A stretch of 64,000 nt of DNA from a virus (lineage: Duplodnaviria; Caudoviricetes), in the IMG/VR virus record IMGVR_UViG_3300027672_001796; one strand, 5' to 3'. Each line of letters starts with the position of its first letter. The first letter of the stretch is position 1. The notes under the pieces were generated by a model that did no database searches, was not told where the DNA came from, and saw only the letters and a list, made by a program, of their open reading frames with translations. Position numbers and translations under genes: made by a program. Positions 28,396 to 37,500 of this stretch are shown here, one piece after another.

Positions 28396-29673
28396 ATGTA
28401 CAAGTATATACTCACGGCTTTTTTAGTCACTGTGTCTACATCATCATGGGCAACAGACTATGTGTCAGGCGTTGCTGATATTATTAATAACAATTGTGTA
28501 GTATGCCATAGAGCAGGTGGCATAGGACCAATGAGTTTTGAAACGTACGAACAAGTTAGACCATGGGCTCCTCTTATAAGTTATAAAGTAATGACAAGAG
28601 AGATGCCTCCATACGCATACGATCATGGAATTGGCATACAAGACTTGCAAGGAGATTGGCGTCTATCTCAAATGGATATAGACACAATTGTGGAATGGGT
28701 AGATAAAGGAAGCCTACGAGGTGATCCTGACATAACGGTGCAGACAGCACAACTACCAGATCCAGAAGCATGGAGTTTCACTGAGCAGTTTGGCTTACCC
28801 GATACAGTTATACCCAGTGTAGCAATAGACATTCCTGCAAGTGGTAACGACTTATGGCATAAGCATTTAGTTCCGACTGGACTAACAGAGGATCGTTGCA
28901 TAAAAGCAGTACAAGTTAAGCCACGTGGCGAAGCTAAAGCAGTAGTACATCACGCCAACAGTAGTATTATAACTGAGAGCGGTAACCAGGGCATGTTAAC
29001 AGAATATGCAATGGGTAAATGGGGTGAGATAGTACCAGAGGGTGTGTGCAGGACTATTCCAGCAAATGCAGAAGTAAGTTGGGACATTCATATGTACCCA
29101 GGTGGATTAGGCGCAATGGCTCCTGGGAGTGTAATCAAAGACAATGTAGTAGAGATAGGACTTTGGCTATACTCACAAGAAGAAAGTGAAACATTAAAGT
29201 ATAAGCAAGACTTATCGTTGTATCGCTTAGGTGACCAAGACGATATAGTTATTGCTCCGAACGGTTATCACATGACACAAGGCTTCCACAGTTTTGACCA
29301 TCCTGTGAGATTAGACAGTTTTCAACCACACGGGCATTTAAGAATGAATGCCGCAAGTTTGGAAATATTCTATCCTATCACAGGCAAAACAGAACAAATT
29401 AGCCAAGTATCAAATTGGAGTGCAACATGGCATCACAGTCATTTATATGCTCCAGATGTAGCACCGCTAATTCCAGCTGGTGCAGTTATTGTATTGAAAC
29501 AATGGTACGACAACACATCAGATAACCCAAACAACCCAGACTCTGATATGTGGGTAATGGGCGGTAGTAGAACAGGGGACGAAATGACCCACGCCTGGTT
29601 AGCTATAACACACTTAGACGAAGAAGGATACACATCACTATTAGACAAACGGAGAGAAAACGGTGCTGACTAA
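28396..29673 (+). CDS. Secreted c-type cytochrome / copper type II (PHM/DBH-like) monooxygenase
   Basis: Signal peptide (..SSWA|TD), CVVCH heme motif, VVHHA plus DIHM (CuH-like), PHGHLR plus GDEM (CuM-like). Confidence 0.75.
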   Translation: MYKYILTAFLVTVSTSSWATDYVSGVADIINNNCVVCHRAGGIGPMSFETYEQVRPWAPLISYKVMTREMPPYAYDHGIGIQDLQGDWRLSQMDIDTIVEWVDKGSLRGDPDITVQTAQLPDPEAWSFTEQFGLPDTVIPSVAIDIPASGNDLWHKHLVPTGLTEDRCIKAVQVKPRGEAKAVVHHANSSIITESGNQGMLTEYAMGKWGEIVPEGVCRTIPANAEVSWDIHMYPGGLGAMAPGSVIKDNVVEIGLWLYSQEESETLKYKQDLSLYRLGDQDDIVIAPNGYHMTQGFHSFDHPVRLDSFQPHGHLRMNAASLEIFYPITGKTEQISQVSNWSATWHHSHLYAPDVAPLIPAGAVIVLKQWYDNTSDNPNNPDSDMWVMGGSRTGDEMTHAWLAITHLDEEGYTSLLDKRRENGAD

Positions 29674-29857
29674 AATAGCAAAAACTTTAATACTAGTAGT
29701 AACTTTAACGGCATGTAGTAGTGTGCCGTTAAAGTTTTCAATAAATCAACAATCACAGTTTGATTACATGCCAGATCCAATAACATGGAATAGGAACATC
29801 TTCACTTGTAGAGCTCAGCCACAATGTAATGCGGCTGATTTGTTTAACAGGTTTTGA
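29663..29857 (+). CDS. Small lipoprotein
   Basis: Lipobox LTAC after a hydrophobic stretch. C-terminal Cys pair. Overlaps the monooxygenase stop. Confidence 0.65.
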   Translation: MLTKIAKTLILVVTLTACSSVPLKFSINQQSQFDYMPDPITWNRNIFTCRAQPQCNAADLFNRF

Positions 29858-29955
29858 TGACTTATGGAATTATGATGTCGCTATGTATTTTTATTAACAT
29901 TGCGGTATATGTAATGATAGGCATGTATTTTGAAGGACATGAAGCTTTTAATTAA
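29857..29955 (+). CDS. 32-aa single-pass membrane peptide
   Basis: TGATG stop-start overlap. Sequence MTYGIMMSLCIFINIAVYVMIGMYFEGHEAFN. Below the ORF-track size cut-off. Confidence 0.5.
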   Translation: MTYGIMMSLCIFINIAVYVMIGMYFEGHEAFN

Positions 29956-30502
29956 TTATGGTATTTAAATATGCTACGGTATCGAAATAGTTCATCCGTA
30001 AATTAATTGAAAACATTTTAGAACTTACATCGATATCTCTGTGGTCACATCCATGTGATAGTTGTACATTTAATGCCATGACTTGACCTGGCATAATATA
30101 CTTAGATTCATTTTCCTTCCCATGCGTTATATAGATAGGGTGATCCTCTAGATTGAATAACATATTGCACTTACGAGTAAATGGATTGCCCCAACCTAAC
30201 AGATAGTCATTATGATTTATAACATGTTCGTTTGCAGGAACAGTTTCAAATCCAATACTATGCTCCGCTAACACTTGTATAGGACTTAACAGTTCTTTAA
30301 CTTTTTCCAAACACGATAAATCTGAAAGCATTAGTATGTCTTGTACTATGTCTGTACGATCTGGATCCTTGTGCATGTAGTATTTGCTTTCGGGTATAGT
30401 GTTAACAACTTCCTGCTCTAGTTCTAGTATTGCAGGTATGTCTAATTTAAAATTATATACGGTGCTGAACTTACTCATTGATGTTGTCTCTCTAGTGTAC
30501 AT
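29948..30502 (-). CDS. Probable cupin / 2OG-Fe(II) oxygenase-like protein
   Basis: HxD (INHND) plus distal His (LSHGC). MPGQVMALN resembles the Asp/Asn beta-hydroxylase-like pattern. Confidence 0.5.
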   Translation of the reverse strand: MYTRETTSMSKFSTVYNFKLDIPAILELEQEVVNTIPESKYYMHKDPDRTDIVQDILMLSDLSCLEKVKELLSPIQVLAEHSIGFETVPANEHVINHNDYLLGWGNPFTRKCNMLFNLEDHPIYITHGKENESKYIMPGQVMALNVQLSHGCDHRDIDVSSKMFSINLRMNYFDTVAYLNTIIN

Positions 30503-30508
30503 TAACTG

Positions 30509-30516
30509 TATTTATA
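30509..30516 (-). promoter_or_regulatory. Late promoter TATAAATA
   Basis: T4 consensus 6 nt upstream of the 30502 ATG. Confidence 0.7.
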
Positions 30517-30578
30517 TGCACGGAGACTAGCTATTACCGATTTTTTAGTAAAAGTTACCAGAAAAACTGGTAAAAAAC

Positions 30579-30607
30579 TTGACATAGAAGCAGTTTCCTA
30601 GTATAAT
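30579..30607 (+). promoter_or_regulatory. Sigma70 consensus early promoter
   Basis: TTGACA-N17-TATAAT. Confidence 0.85.
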
Positions 30608-30638
30608 ATACACTTAGTTTAGCAAAAAGGATAACACT

Positions 30639-30956
30639 ATGATAGAGATACTACAAGAAGTAACTGACTGGGGCAAGTACTCTGTTAACAATGGGATTTA
30701 CCATGTTAATGGTGCTGGGCAACTAGTTGCATACAAGCCATCCGAAACTGCTGAACTTAAAACGTTTAAGAATCCGTTAAAGCAGTTTAGCAAAAGCAGA
30801 CGTAAGTTTGTTAAGTTAGGTGAGGCAGACGAGCAATTAGCAGATGATGTTGTTGTTGTTCAAGGCAGTAACGGTAAGACTTACACGATACAGGACGGTA
30901 AATGTAGTTGTCCTGGCTACACATATAGGGGAAATTGTAAACATGTTAACAAATAA
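30639..30956 (+). CDS. SWIM zinc-finger protein
   Basis: C-terminal CSCPGYTYRGNCKH (CxC-x(n)-CxH). Confidence 0.8.
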   Translation: MIEILQEVTDWGKYSVNNGIYHVNGAGQLVAYKPSETAELKTFKNPLKQFSKSRRKFVKLGEADEQLADDVVVVQGSNGKTYTIQDGKCSCPGYTYRGNCKHVNK

Positions 30957-30972
30957 AAAGGGGAATACGCAA

Positions 30973-33327
30973 ATGATTAATTTCTGTGCAATACTTTTAT
31001 CATTAGGCTTAGGTGCATGTGCAAGTGGCGGCGGCAGTACAACTGCACCCACCCCAACTGTAGTAACACCTCCAACAACGGTTACTACATCACCTGACAA
31101 GCGAATACAGTTTGAGACTTTTTCAGATAACTTTGAAAATACTAATAGTGCGTTAGGTTATAACAATGTGTCTTATGGTGTAGGCGATTATAATGATACA
31201 ACTTGGGTTAACGGCAAATACACTGTTGAAGACTTTGCATTTTTGCAAGTTACTATTAATGGTAGTCACGGCGGCAAAGACTTAAACAATCCAGACTCAG
31301 ACGAATATACAGGTCCAGGTGCTTGGATGACCAATGCAAGTTATGTTATAGAAAATGATATCAACCAAGATGGACATAACGACTTTGTTGTGTGGGTACA
31401 AACATTCGGTGACCGAAATACGATACCTGGCACACGAGCATTACAATTTATTAATGACGGCGAAGGACACTTTGCATTAGATTGTAGTGTGTTTGATAAC
31501 GGAGTATGTCCGTTAGTGTATGGACAAGATTCGACTATGACTAACATGGGTTGGTATAACGGAGAAGATGCGCCTGTACAAGAATACAACATGGGTATTG
31601 CACACCAATACGATTTAAACGGCGACGGTAATAAAGACTTGTTTAACACAGGTAACTTGTGGTTAACTGATAATGGCAAATTTATAAAGTCGCATGATAA
31701 CTTGCCAGACTTTATGCTTTCAAACAAAAATAAAGATGGGGTCGAAGTTGGATTGATGGTTCATGACCATGCTGTAGGTGATTTAAATGGAGACGGCTTT
31801 AATGACATCTTTATGCCTAACACAATACCCGTTGCTGATATGGGTACGAACGGTGGGAACGGATACAAGTTCTTTATGCTAAATGACGGATCAGGTAACT
31901 TTAAAGACACTAGGTTCAAAGTAGGTCATGATACTCACTTTGCGACATCTACAACAATAGCAGATTTTGATGGTGACGGTTTTGGAGATATTGCACTAGG
32001 CTGGAGTCAAGGCGCCTATGTTTCCTTAGGTGGAGATAGTGTAGGTGGCATTTATTGGGGCAACACTGAATCAGATTACACAACAGACTACACCGCATTA
32101 CCTCCTGGGTATTATGAATATAATATTGCATTCGATATGCAGGCAACGGATGTTAATGCAGACGGCTTACTAGACTTAGTTATAGCAAACACAGACGGCG
32201 AAAATTATTATCAAGGGCATGTGTTACAGTTCTTAACTAACAACGGCGACAGAACATTTGACCATGCGGCATTTAGGGCCGAAGAGTTAATAGAAGGAAT
32301 TAACAACGGCGTGAACCACATTTATATACTAGACTTCAATCATGATGGCATTGACGATATACTAGTTACTTCACAAGACCGAGCGTATGCTATGATTAAC
32401 AATGGCGATGGCACTTACACAGAAACTAGCCAGTTTGCTGTACCAGATAATAATCCTGTATTTAATATGTTATTCCCTGTTGAAGTAGATGGCAAATATG
32501 ATTACGACTTTATTGGTGCAAATATTATGCAACCATCAGACACACAAACAATTACTAGTTTCTTTATTAGTTTAGATCCACCGTCGCAGTTACAAGAAAT
32601 GAGATCAGAACTACTTAATAAGCCATTGCAGTACGCACAGACTATTGCTGATAATAAAACATTGTTCCATAATATTAAAAATGCAACACTTAGCGACAAT
32701 GTGTTTATGGCAAGAAATAGTGTTACAGGTATTCAAGGTTACTCGCACAATTTTGATAACATAGGTGTTACAGTAGGCAACACATCTAACGGTGCATTAG
32801 TATACTTGGACAAGCAAACAGGACAATTCCATTACGGTTTAGGTTATATGACAGACAAGATCGGTGCTAACAGTAACGGCAAATGGTATGGCAACGGTAC
32901 TGCTGAATTAGATGTTTCTACACTAAATGCATTTGCAGAATATACTACTCCTATACTACCTAACCTACATGTTACAACGGGCCTAGCAATGTATAAGACG
33001 TCAGTACAAGGCTTTACAGAAGAAAACAGTCAGTACAACATCACAGTAAAAGACTTTACTTTAAACGATGCAGAATTATATGTAGATGTAACAGGTATGC
33101 ACACATCAGTGTACGGAAATACATACTTAACATTAGGTACTAGTATGCACCAGAGCTTGAGTAATACAAGCATTGTGTGGGACGGTGGATTGGTATCTGA
33201 ATTTAGTAACAATGATGTTGCATTTAGGACTACACTAATGCACACATATAAAATGTTCTATGCTAAAGCAACTACTAGTTCAGTTGATGGCGACACATTA
33301 GAAATAGGATTTAACTTACAGTTTTAA
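30973..33327 (+). CDS. Lipoprotein with FG-GAP/VCBS repeats and a putative C-terminal outer-membrane beta-barrel
   Basis: Likely start MINFCAILLSLGLGAC (lipobox) after a GGGG SD; the ORF-track start at 30844 overlaps the SWIM gene. Six DxNxDGxxD-type repeats (DINQDGHND, DLNGDGNKD, DLNGDGFND, DFDGDGFGD, DVNADGLLD, DFNHDGIDD). Ends IGFNLQF. Confidence 0.7.
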   Translation: MINFCAILLSLGLGACASGGGSTTAPTPTVVTPPTTVTTSPDKRIQFETFSDNFENTNSALGYNNVSYGVGDYNDTTWVNGKYTVEDFAFLQVTINGSHGGKDLNNPDSDEYTGPGAWMTNASYVIENDINQDGHNDFVVWVQTFGDRNTIPGTRALQFINDGEGHFALDCSVFDNGVCPLVYGQDSTMTNMGWYNGEDAPVQEYNMGIAHQYDLNGDGNKDLFNTGNLWLTDNGKFIKSHDNLPDFMLSNKNKDGVEVGLMVHDHAVGDLNGDGFNDIFMPNTIPVADMGTNGGNGYKFFMLNDGSGNFKDTRFKVGHDTHFATSTTIADFDGDGFGDIALGWSQGAYVSLGGDSVGGIYWGNTESDYTTDYTALPPGYYEYNIAFDMQATDVNADGLLDLVIANTDGENYYQGHVLQFLTNNGDRTFDHAAFRAEELIEGINNGVNHIYILDFNHDGIDDILVTSQDRAYAMINNGDGTYTETSQFAVPDNNPVFNMLFPVEVDGKYDYDFIGANIMQPSDTQTITSFFISLDPPSQLQEMRSELLNKPLQYAQTIADNKTLFHNIKNATLSDNVFMARNSVTGIQGYSHNFDNIGVTVGNTSNGALVYLDKQTGQFHYGLGYMTDKIGANSNGKWYGNGTAELDVSTLNAFAEYTTPILPNLHVTTGLAMYKTSVQGFTEENSQYNITVKDFTLNDAELYVDVTGMHTSVYGNTYLTLGTSMHQSLSNTSIVWDGGLVSEFSNNDVAFRTTLMHTYKMFYAKATTSSVDGDTLEIGFNLQF

Positions 33328-33569
33328 TCCATCCAGTCTTGACTCTTGTCACCGCTCTTCATTTTGTTGTAGCGGTTTAAGGTCTTTATAAGTTCTTCAC
33401 GCTCAGATGGACTCAGGTGCCAACCCTCAGTATACGAAACGGCACCCTCACTAAAAATAGCCAGCTCGGCTACTTGTTTAGAAATTGCTTGACCTTCTTT
33501 CTCGAGTTTACCTAAGTAGGCTGAAATTTCTTCAGGCTCGGCTGACCCTAGGAACCCGTGAAAAAATTT
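33324..33569 (-). CDS. Start-less -1-frame extension of the gp26-like gene (gp51-like position), predicted programmed frameshift product
   Basis: 78 open codons (HGFLGSAEPEEISAYLGKLEKEGQAISKQVAELAIFSEGAVSYTEGWHLSPSEREELIKTLNRYNKMKSGDKSQDWMD) with no usable upstream start. Entered through the slippery A AAT TTT TTC at 33569-33560. Confidence 0.65.
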   Translation of the reverse strand, partial: KFFHGFLGSAEPEEISAYLGKLEKEGQAISKQVAELAIFSEGAVSYTEGWHLSPSEREELIKTLNRYNKMKSGDKSQDWMD

Positions 33570-34426
33570 ACAGGATCAAAGTTAATAGTAGAATTAAATG
33601 TGTTATCACATTCTTCATTGCTACATTCAACTTGCACCTCGTTATTAACACCCTTAGCATTAATGCTATTGATAAATGCTTCAATTTCTTTTCCAACGTT
33701 GTTATCAGTATTCTCTAAAAACTCTCTAATAACTTTTTTGTCTTTAATAACAGCATCTTCGCCCTTCTCATCTTGAAAACTAACACTATAAATAGCATCA
33801 ATCAATAACTCGAAGTTTAAGTCTGCTAGTTTAACAAAACTAGTATTAAATGCTTTTAGCCTTTCCATGTCGTCGTCTAATGCAGAAATACTTTGCATAC
33901 TTCTTGTACTTTGGAAACTGGCAACACCTGCCTTAATAGTGTTCTTATAACTAAATGGCATACCTGAAATAACAAGTCCGTTTGCAAGAGTAACTTCGTA
34001 GACATCGTCTAGTTCTTCCATTGTCTGCAAACTTTGTGCAACACTTACAGTTACGTCAGTAGTAGTTTCGCACTTTGGACACTTAGCGGCAACATCAACA
34101 TCATCACCACCACTTGCACCTCTAATTGCAATTAGTAATGCATCTACGTCAGCACTATATAAATCTCTTGCATTTTTAATTTCTGGTACACATGAATGGA
34201 TCAATGAAGCAACTGCCTCACCGTTTAATAAAGCATCTGGATTTTTTAATAACAACTCATCTTTAGTAGTCATTGGATAAATTGCTAATTCTTGGGTACT
34301 ATCATCATTGAATACGACAATACCTTCGTCATAAAATTTACCACCACTAGGGATTTTTGTGAATATCTTTGGTGCTCTGAAGTAGGCACTTAACGGATTC
34401 TGCGTTTTGTTCATATTTTTGCTCAT
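33548..34426 (-). CDS. gp26: Baseplate hub assembly chaperone, T4 gp26-like
   Basis: NPLSAYFRAPKIFTKIPSGG...PMTTKDELLLKNPDALLNG...DVDALLIAIR...CPKC...C-x4-C...FDPVNFF. Divergent from the tape measure gene. Confidence 0.75.
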   Translation of the reverse strand: MSKNMNKTQNPLSAYFRAPKIFTKIPSGGKFYDEGIVVFNDDSTQELAIYPMTTKDELLLKNPDALLNGEAVASLIHSCVPEIKNARDLYSADVDALLIAIRGASGGDDVDVAAKCPKCETTTDVTVSVAQSLQTMEELDDVYEVTLANGLVISGMPFSYKNTIKAGVASFQSTRSMQSISALDDDMERLKAFNTSFVKLADLNFELLIDAIYSVSFQDEKGEDAVIKDKKVIREFLENTDNNVGKEIEAFINSINAKGVNNEVQVECSNEECDNTFNSTINFDPVNFFTGS

Positions 34427-34449
34427 TAAAACTCCTGTTAATTCTTTAA

Positions 34450-34506
34450 GATAAATACGTTTGTAGTTAAATTTTTATCTAATGATTAACTTAGTACTTA
34501 TTTATC
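34450..34506. promoter_or_regulatory. Pair of opposed late promoters (GATAAATA + at 34450-34457; - at 34499-34506)
   Basis: One points to the tape measure gene and the other to the gp26-like gene. Confidence 0.65.
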
Positions 34507-34538
34507 TACATTAAAACTAGTTTTAAAGGAAATACTGA

Positions 34539-37500
34539 GTGGCAGTTGAATTTAACATAGAAGGACAGAATTTTCGTTTCCCAGATTGGGCAACAGAATC
34601 CACCATGGAAGAAGTATCCAAAGTACTTCAAGAGATTGCAAAAAATAACGGTGTGTCAGACAAAGACCTTAAAGCACTAGTAGAGAACAATAAGAAGATG
34701 CATTTAGCAATAACTAACAATGCAAAAGACGAAAAAAGTTCTGACAAAGCTAGACAGGAAGAGGCTAAAGAAGCCGGCGGGTTCTTACAAGAAATGATTA
34801 GGGGCATCAAAGGTAACGAAGATGCTATCAGAGACGGCAATAAAGTAGACAAAAAGGAATATAAATCCTTTGCTACTAAAGTTATAGACGACTTTGAAAA
34901 CACAGGCGAACAACTTGTCGGAGCAGTAGGCTTTGTTGGCGGAGGCGTATTTAAAGCAGGTATGCTACTTGGCGGCGCGGCAGTAACAGGCGCAGGCTTT
35001 ATTAGTAAAGCAATGATGGGCGCCGGCAGTGCAATTAACGACCTTACTTCAGTTGGTATTGGGTTTAACAGTACTTACACTGATATGGGTAAAACTACTA
35101 CCCAAGCAATTGGACAACTGGGTGCATTGGGCGACGGTTTTGCAGGTGCGGCACAGAGAATGGCAAATTCTTCTAGTGTAATAGCAACTCAGGGCTTTGG
35201 TAGATTTACTGACACAATGAAATTTGCGGCAGACACGTCAGAGGAACTTGGTTTAAGTTTCCAGGACAGCATGGATCGTTTTGGACAAGCATTAGATAGA
35301 CGACAAGCAATGTTAAACTTGGGTAATGTTGACCAGGGAAGATTAAACCAACAAGTAGCAAGAACAACAAGATTACAACAAGCATACTCAACAGCAATTG
35401 GTGTGAGTACAGCAGAATTACAAAACTTTGTAAGTCAGCTATTAGACGAAGGTCAATTAACAGCAACACTTCTGCAATTTAACGATGCAGTACGAAGTGA
35501 TGTTATTGGCGGCATAGAAGTATTTGCTTCTGGCATGGCGGCTATGGGCGGAAAAGCAGGAGCCGATCTTGCAACAGCATTCCAGGAAGCGGCGAATACA
35601 AGTGCTATTGGAATGAGCCAAGCGGCTATTGGTATGGTAACAGCATTACCTAATCTTCAAGGCCCGATGAACGAATATATAACAGCAGTACAAAACGGCA
35701 CATTAAGCCAAGACCAAGCACAAGGAATGGTAGAAGGTCTAACGTCGACACTAGGCAATCTTAGCCACAGTGAAAAACAACGTATCAGAGCAATGGCTAA
35801 CATTGGCGACGAATCAGCAAAAACTATGGCAAACGCTATAGCACAGTTTGAACAGTCCGAAAGCAAAATGAAAGATATTAATAAATCATTAGGCACAGGC
35901 TTTCAAATGGACTTAGTACAAAAGGGTACTAACCAATTTAATAAAGTAATGGCACAGATATCAGGCGGAGCCCAGAATGCATTCTACAGTTTATTCTCAG
36001 ATCCAGAAGTAACAGGAGCAATATCAGACGGCTTCAAAGAAATACTAGACATCTTTGGCTTTGGCGTAGACGATATGAGTGGAGCCGCAATGAGTATGGG
36101 CGACAGAGTAGGCAAAATGGCGACAACTTTAGCTAAATGGATTAAAGTAGCGGCAGATCAATTAGCAGACTTTGCCCAATATATCAAAACAGCTTTCGAT
36201 AAAGACGGCTTCGCTGGAGTGATTCAGACACTGTTAGGAGACATAGGCTCAGCAATAACTTCTGGCCTATTAAAGTTGCTAGCCGCGGCAGTTCCTGTGA
36301 TAATTGCATTGTCGACGGCGAAAGCCCTTGCAGTTCAGGCAGTTACCGGAAAAGTACAAGCCGGAGTTGGTGGAGCACTTGCAGACACGATAAAGAATAG
36401 AGTATCAAGTAGCGGTGCCACATCAGTTGGAAGCGGCTTGGAAGCGGCAGGCAGTAAAGCCACTGATATCACCGAATCAGCATTATCCGGAGGCGGCAAA
36501 ACAGGCGGCTTCCTACAAAGAATAGCAGATGGCGTTAAGAAATTTGGCGACACTAAAGTACTTAAAGGCGCGGCGGCAATTGCATTATTAGGTGCATCAG
36601 TTGGATTAGCGGCTGTAGGACTTAAACAGTTCAATGATGTAGAGTGGACTTCAATTGTAAAAGGCACAATTGCACTAGGCGGATTGGCGGCACTAGCCAC
36701 GGTGCTAGGTAAAGCATCAGGATCGATGCTCACAGGAGCGGCGGCGATAGCACTATTAGGATTATCAATTCTTCCATTAGGCAAAGGACTCCAATTAATG
36801 AAAGATGTTGGTCTTAAAACAATTGGCGTGTTGGCGGCAGGACTTGTAGTATTAGGTATAGCGGCGGCAGGACTTAGTTTTATATCACCATTTATTATAA
36901 CAGGCGCAATAGCCATTGGAGCATTGGGTCTTGCATTAATACCATTAGGTCTTGCTATGCAGTTAATTAATGAGCCTCTTAAAAACTTCGGCCCTAGCTT
37001 ATCAGCACTGGCAGACGTTGACGGTGGTGGACTAATGAATACAGCAGGCGGATTATTGGCAGTAGGAGCCGCTATGACGCTAATGGCCCCTATGTTACCA
37101 TTTATGCTTATTGGCTCTATGGCAGGACCTGTTATGGAGAGACTAGCAGATTCATTATATGCATTTAACCGTGTGGATATGAAAAACTTGAGTATGGCTG
37201 GCGGCGCAATGAAGTCACTTGGTGGCGGCATGAGTGCTATGAGCGGCGGTACATTAATGAGCGGTATCAAAGACGGCATCGGAGCATTGTTTGGAGCAGA
37301 CAGTCCTATAGAAAAAATGAAAAAGTTTATCGACGGACTTGCTGGCATTAGTGTAAAGCCGTTATTAATTATAGCTAAAGGGTTTGTATTATTACAACAG
37401 GCAATAATAAAACTACCTGTAACATTACTTAACACAATGGCACGAATGAATGAAATGAGCGACATGTTCCTACTGTTAGCAGAAGAATCTAGATTCATAA

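Noticed and set aside
28164-28430. 88-aa minus-strand ORF in the non-coding region
   Set aside because: It has a low-information AT-rich composition, overlaps the monooxygenase start and its promoter, and has no SD.
30844-30972. ORF-track N-terminal extension of the FG-GAP protein
   Set aside because: It overlaps the SWIM gene in another frame. The lipoprotein signal and SD fit a start at 30973 (or 30943).
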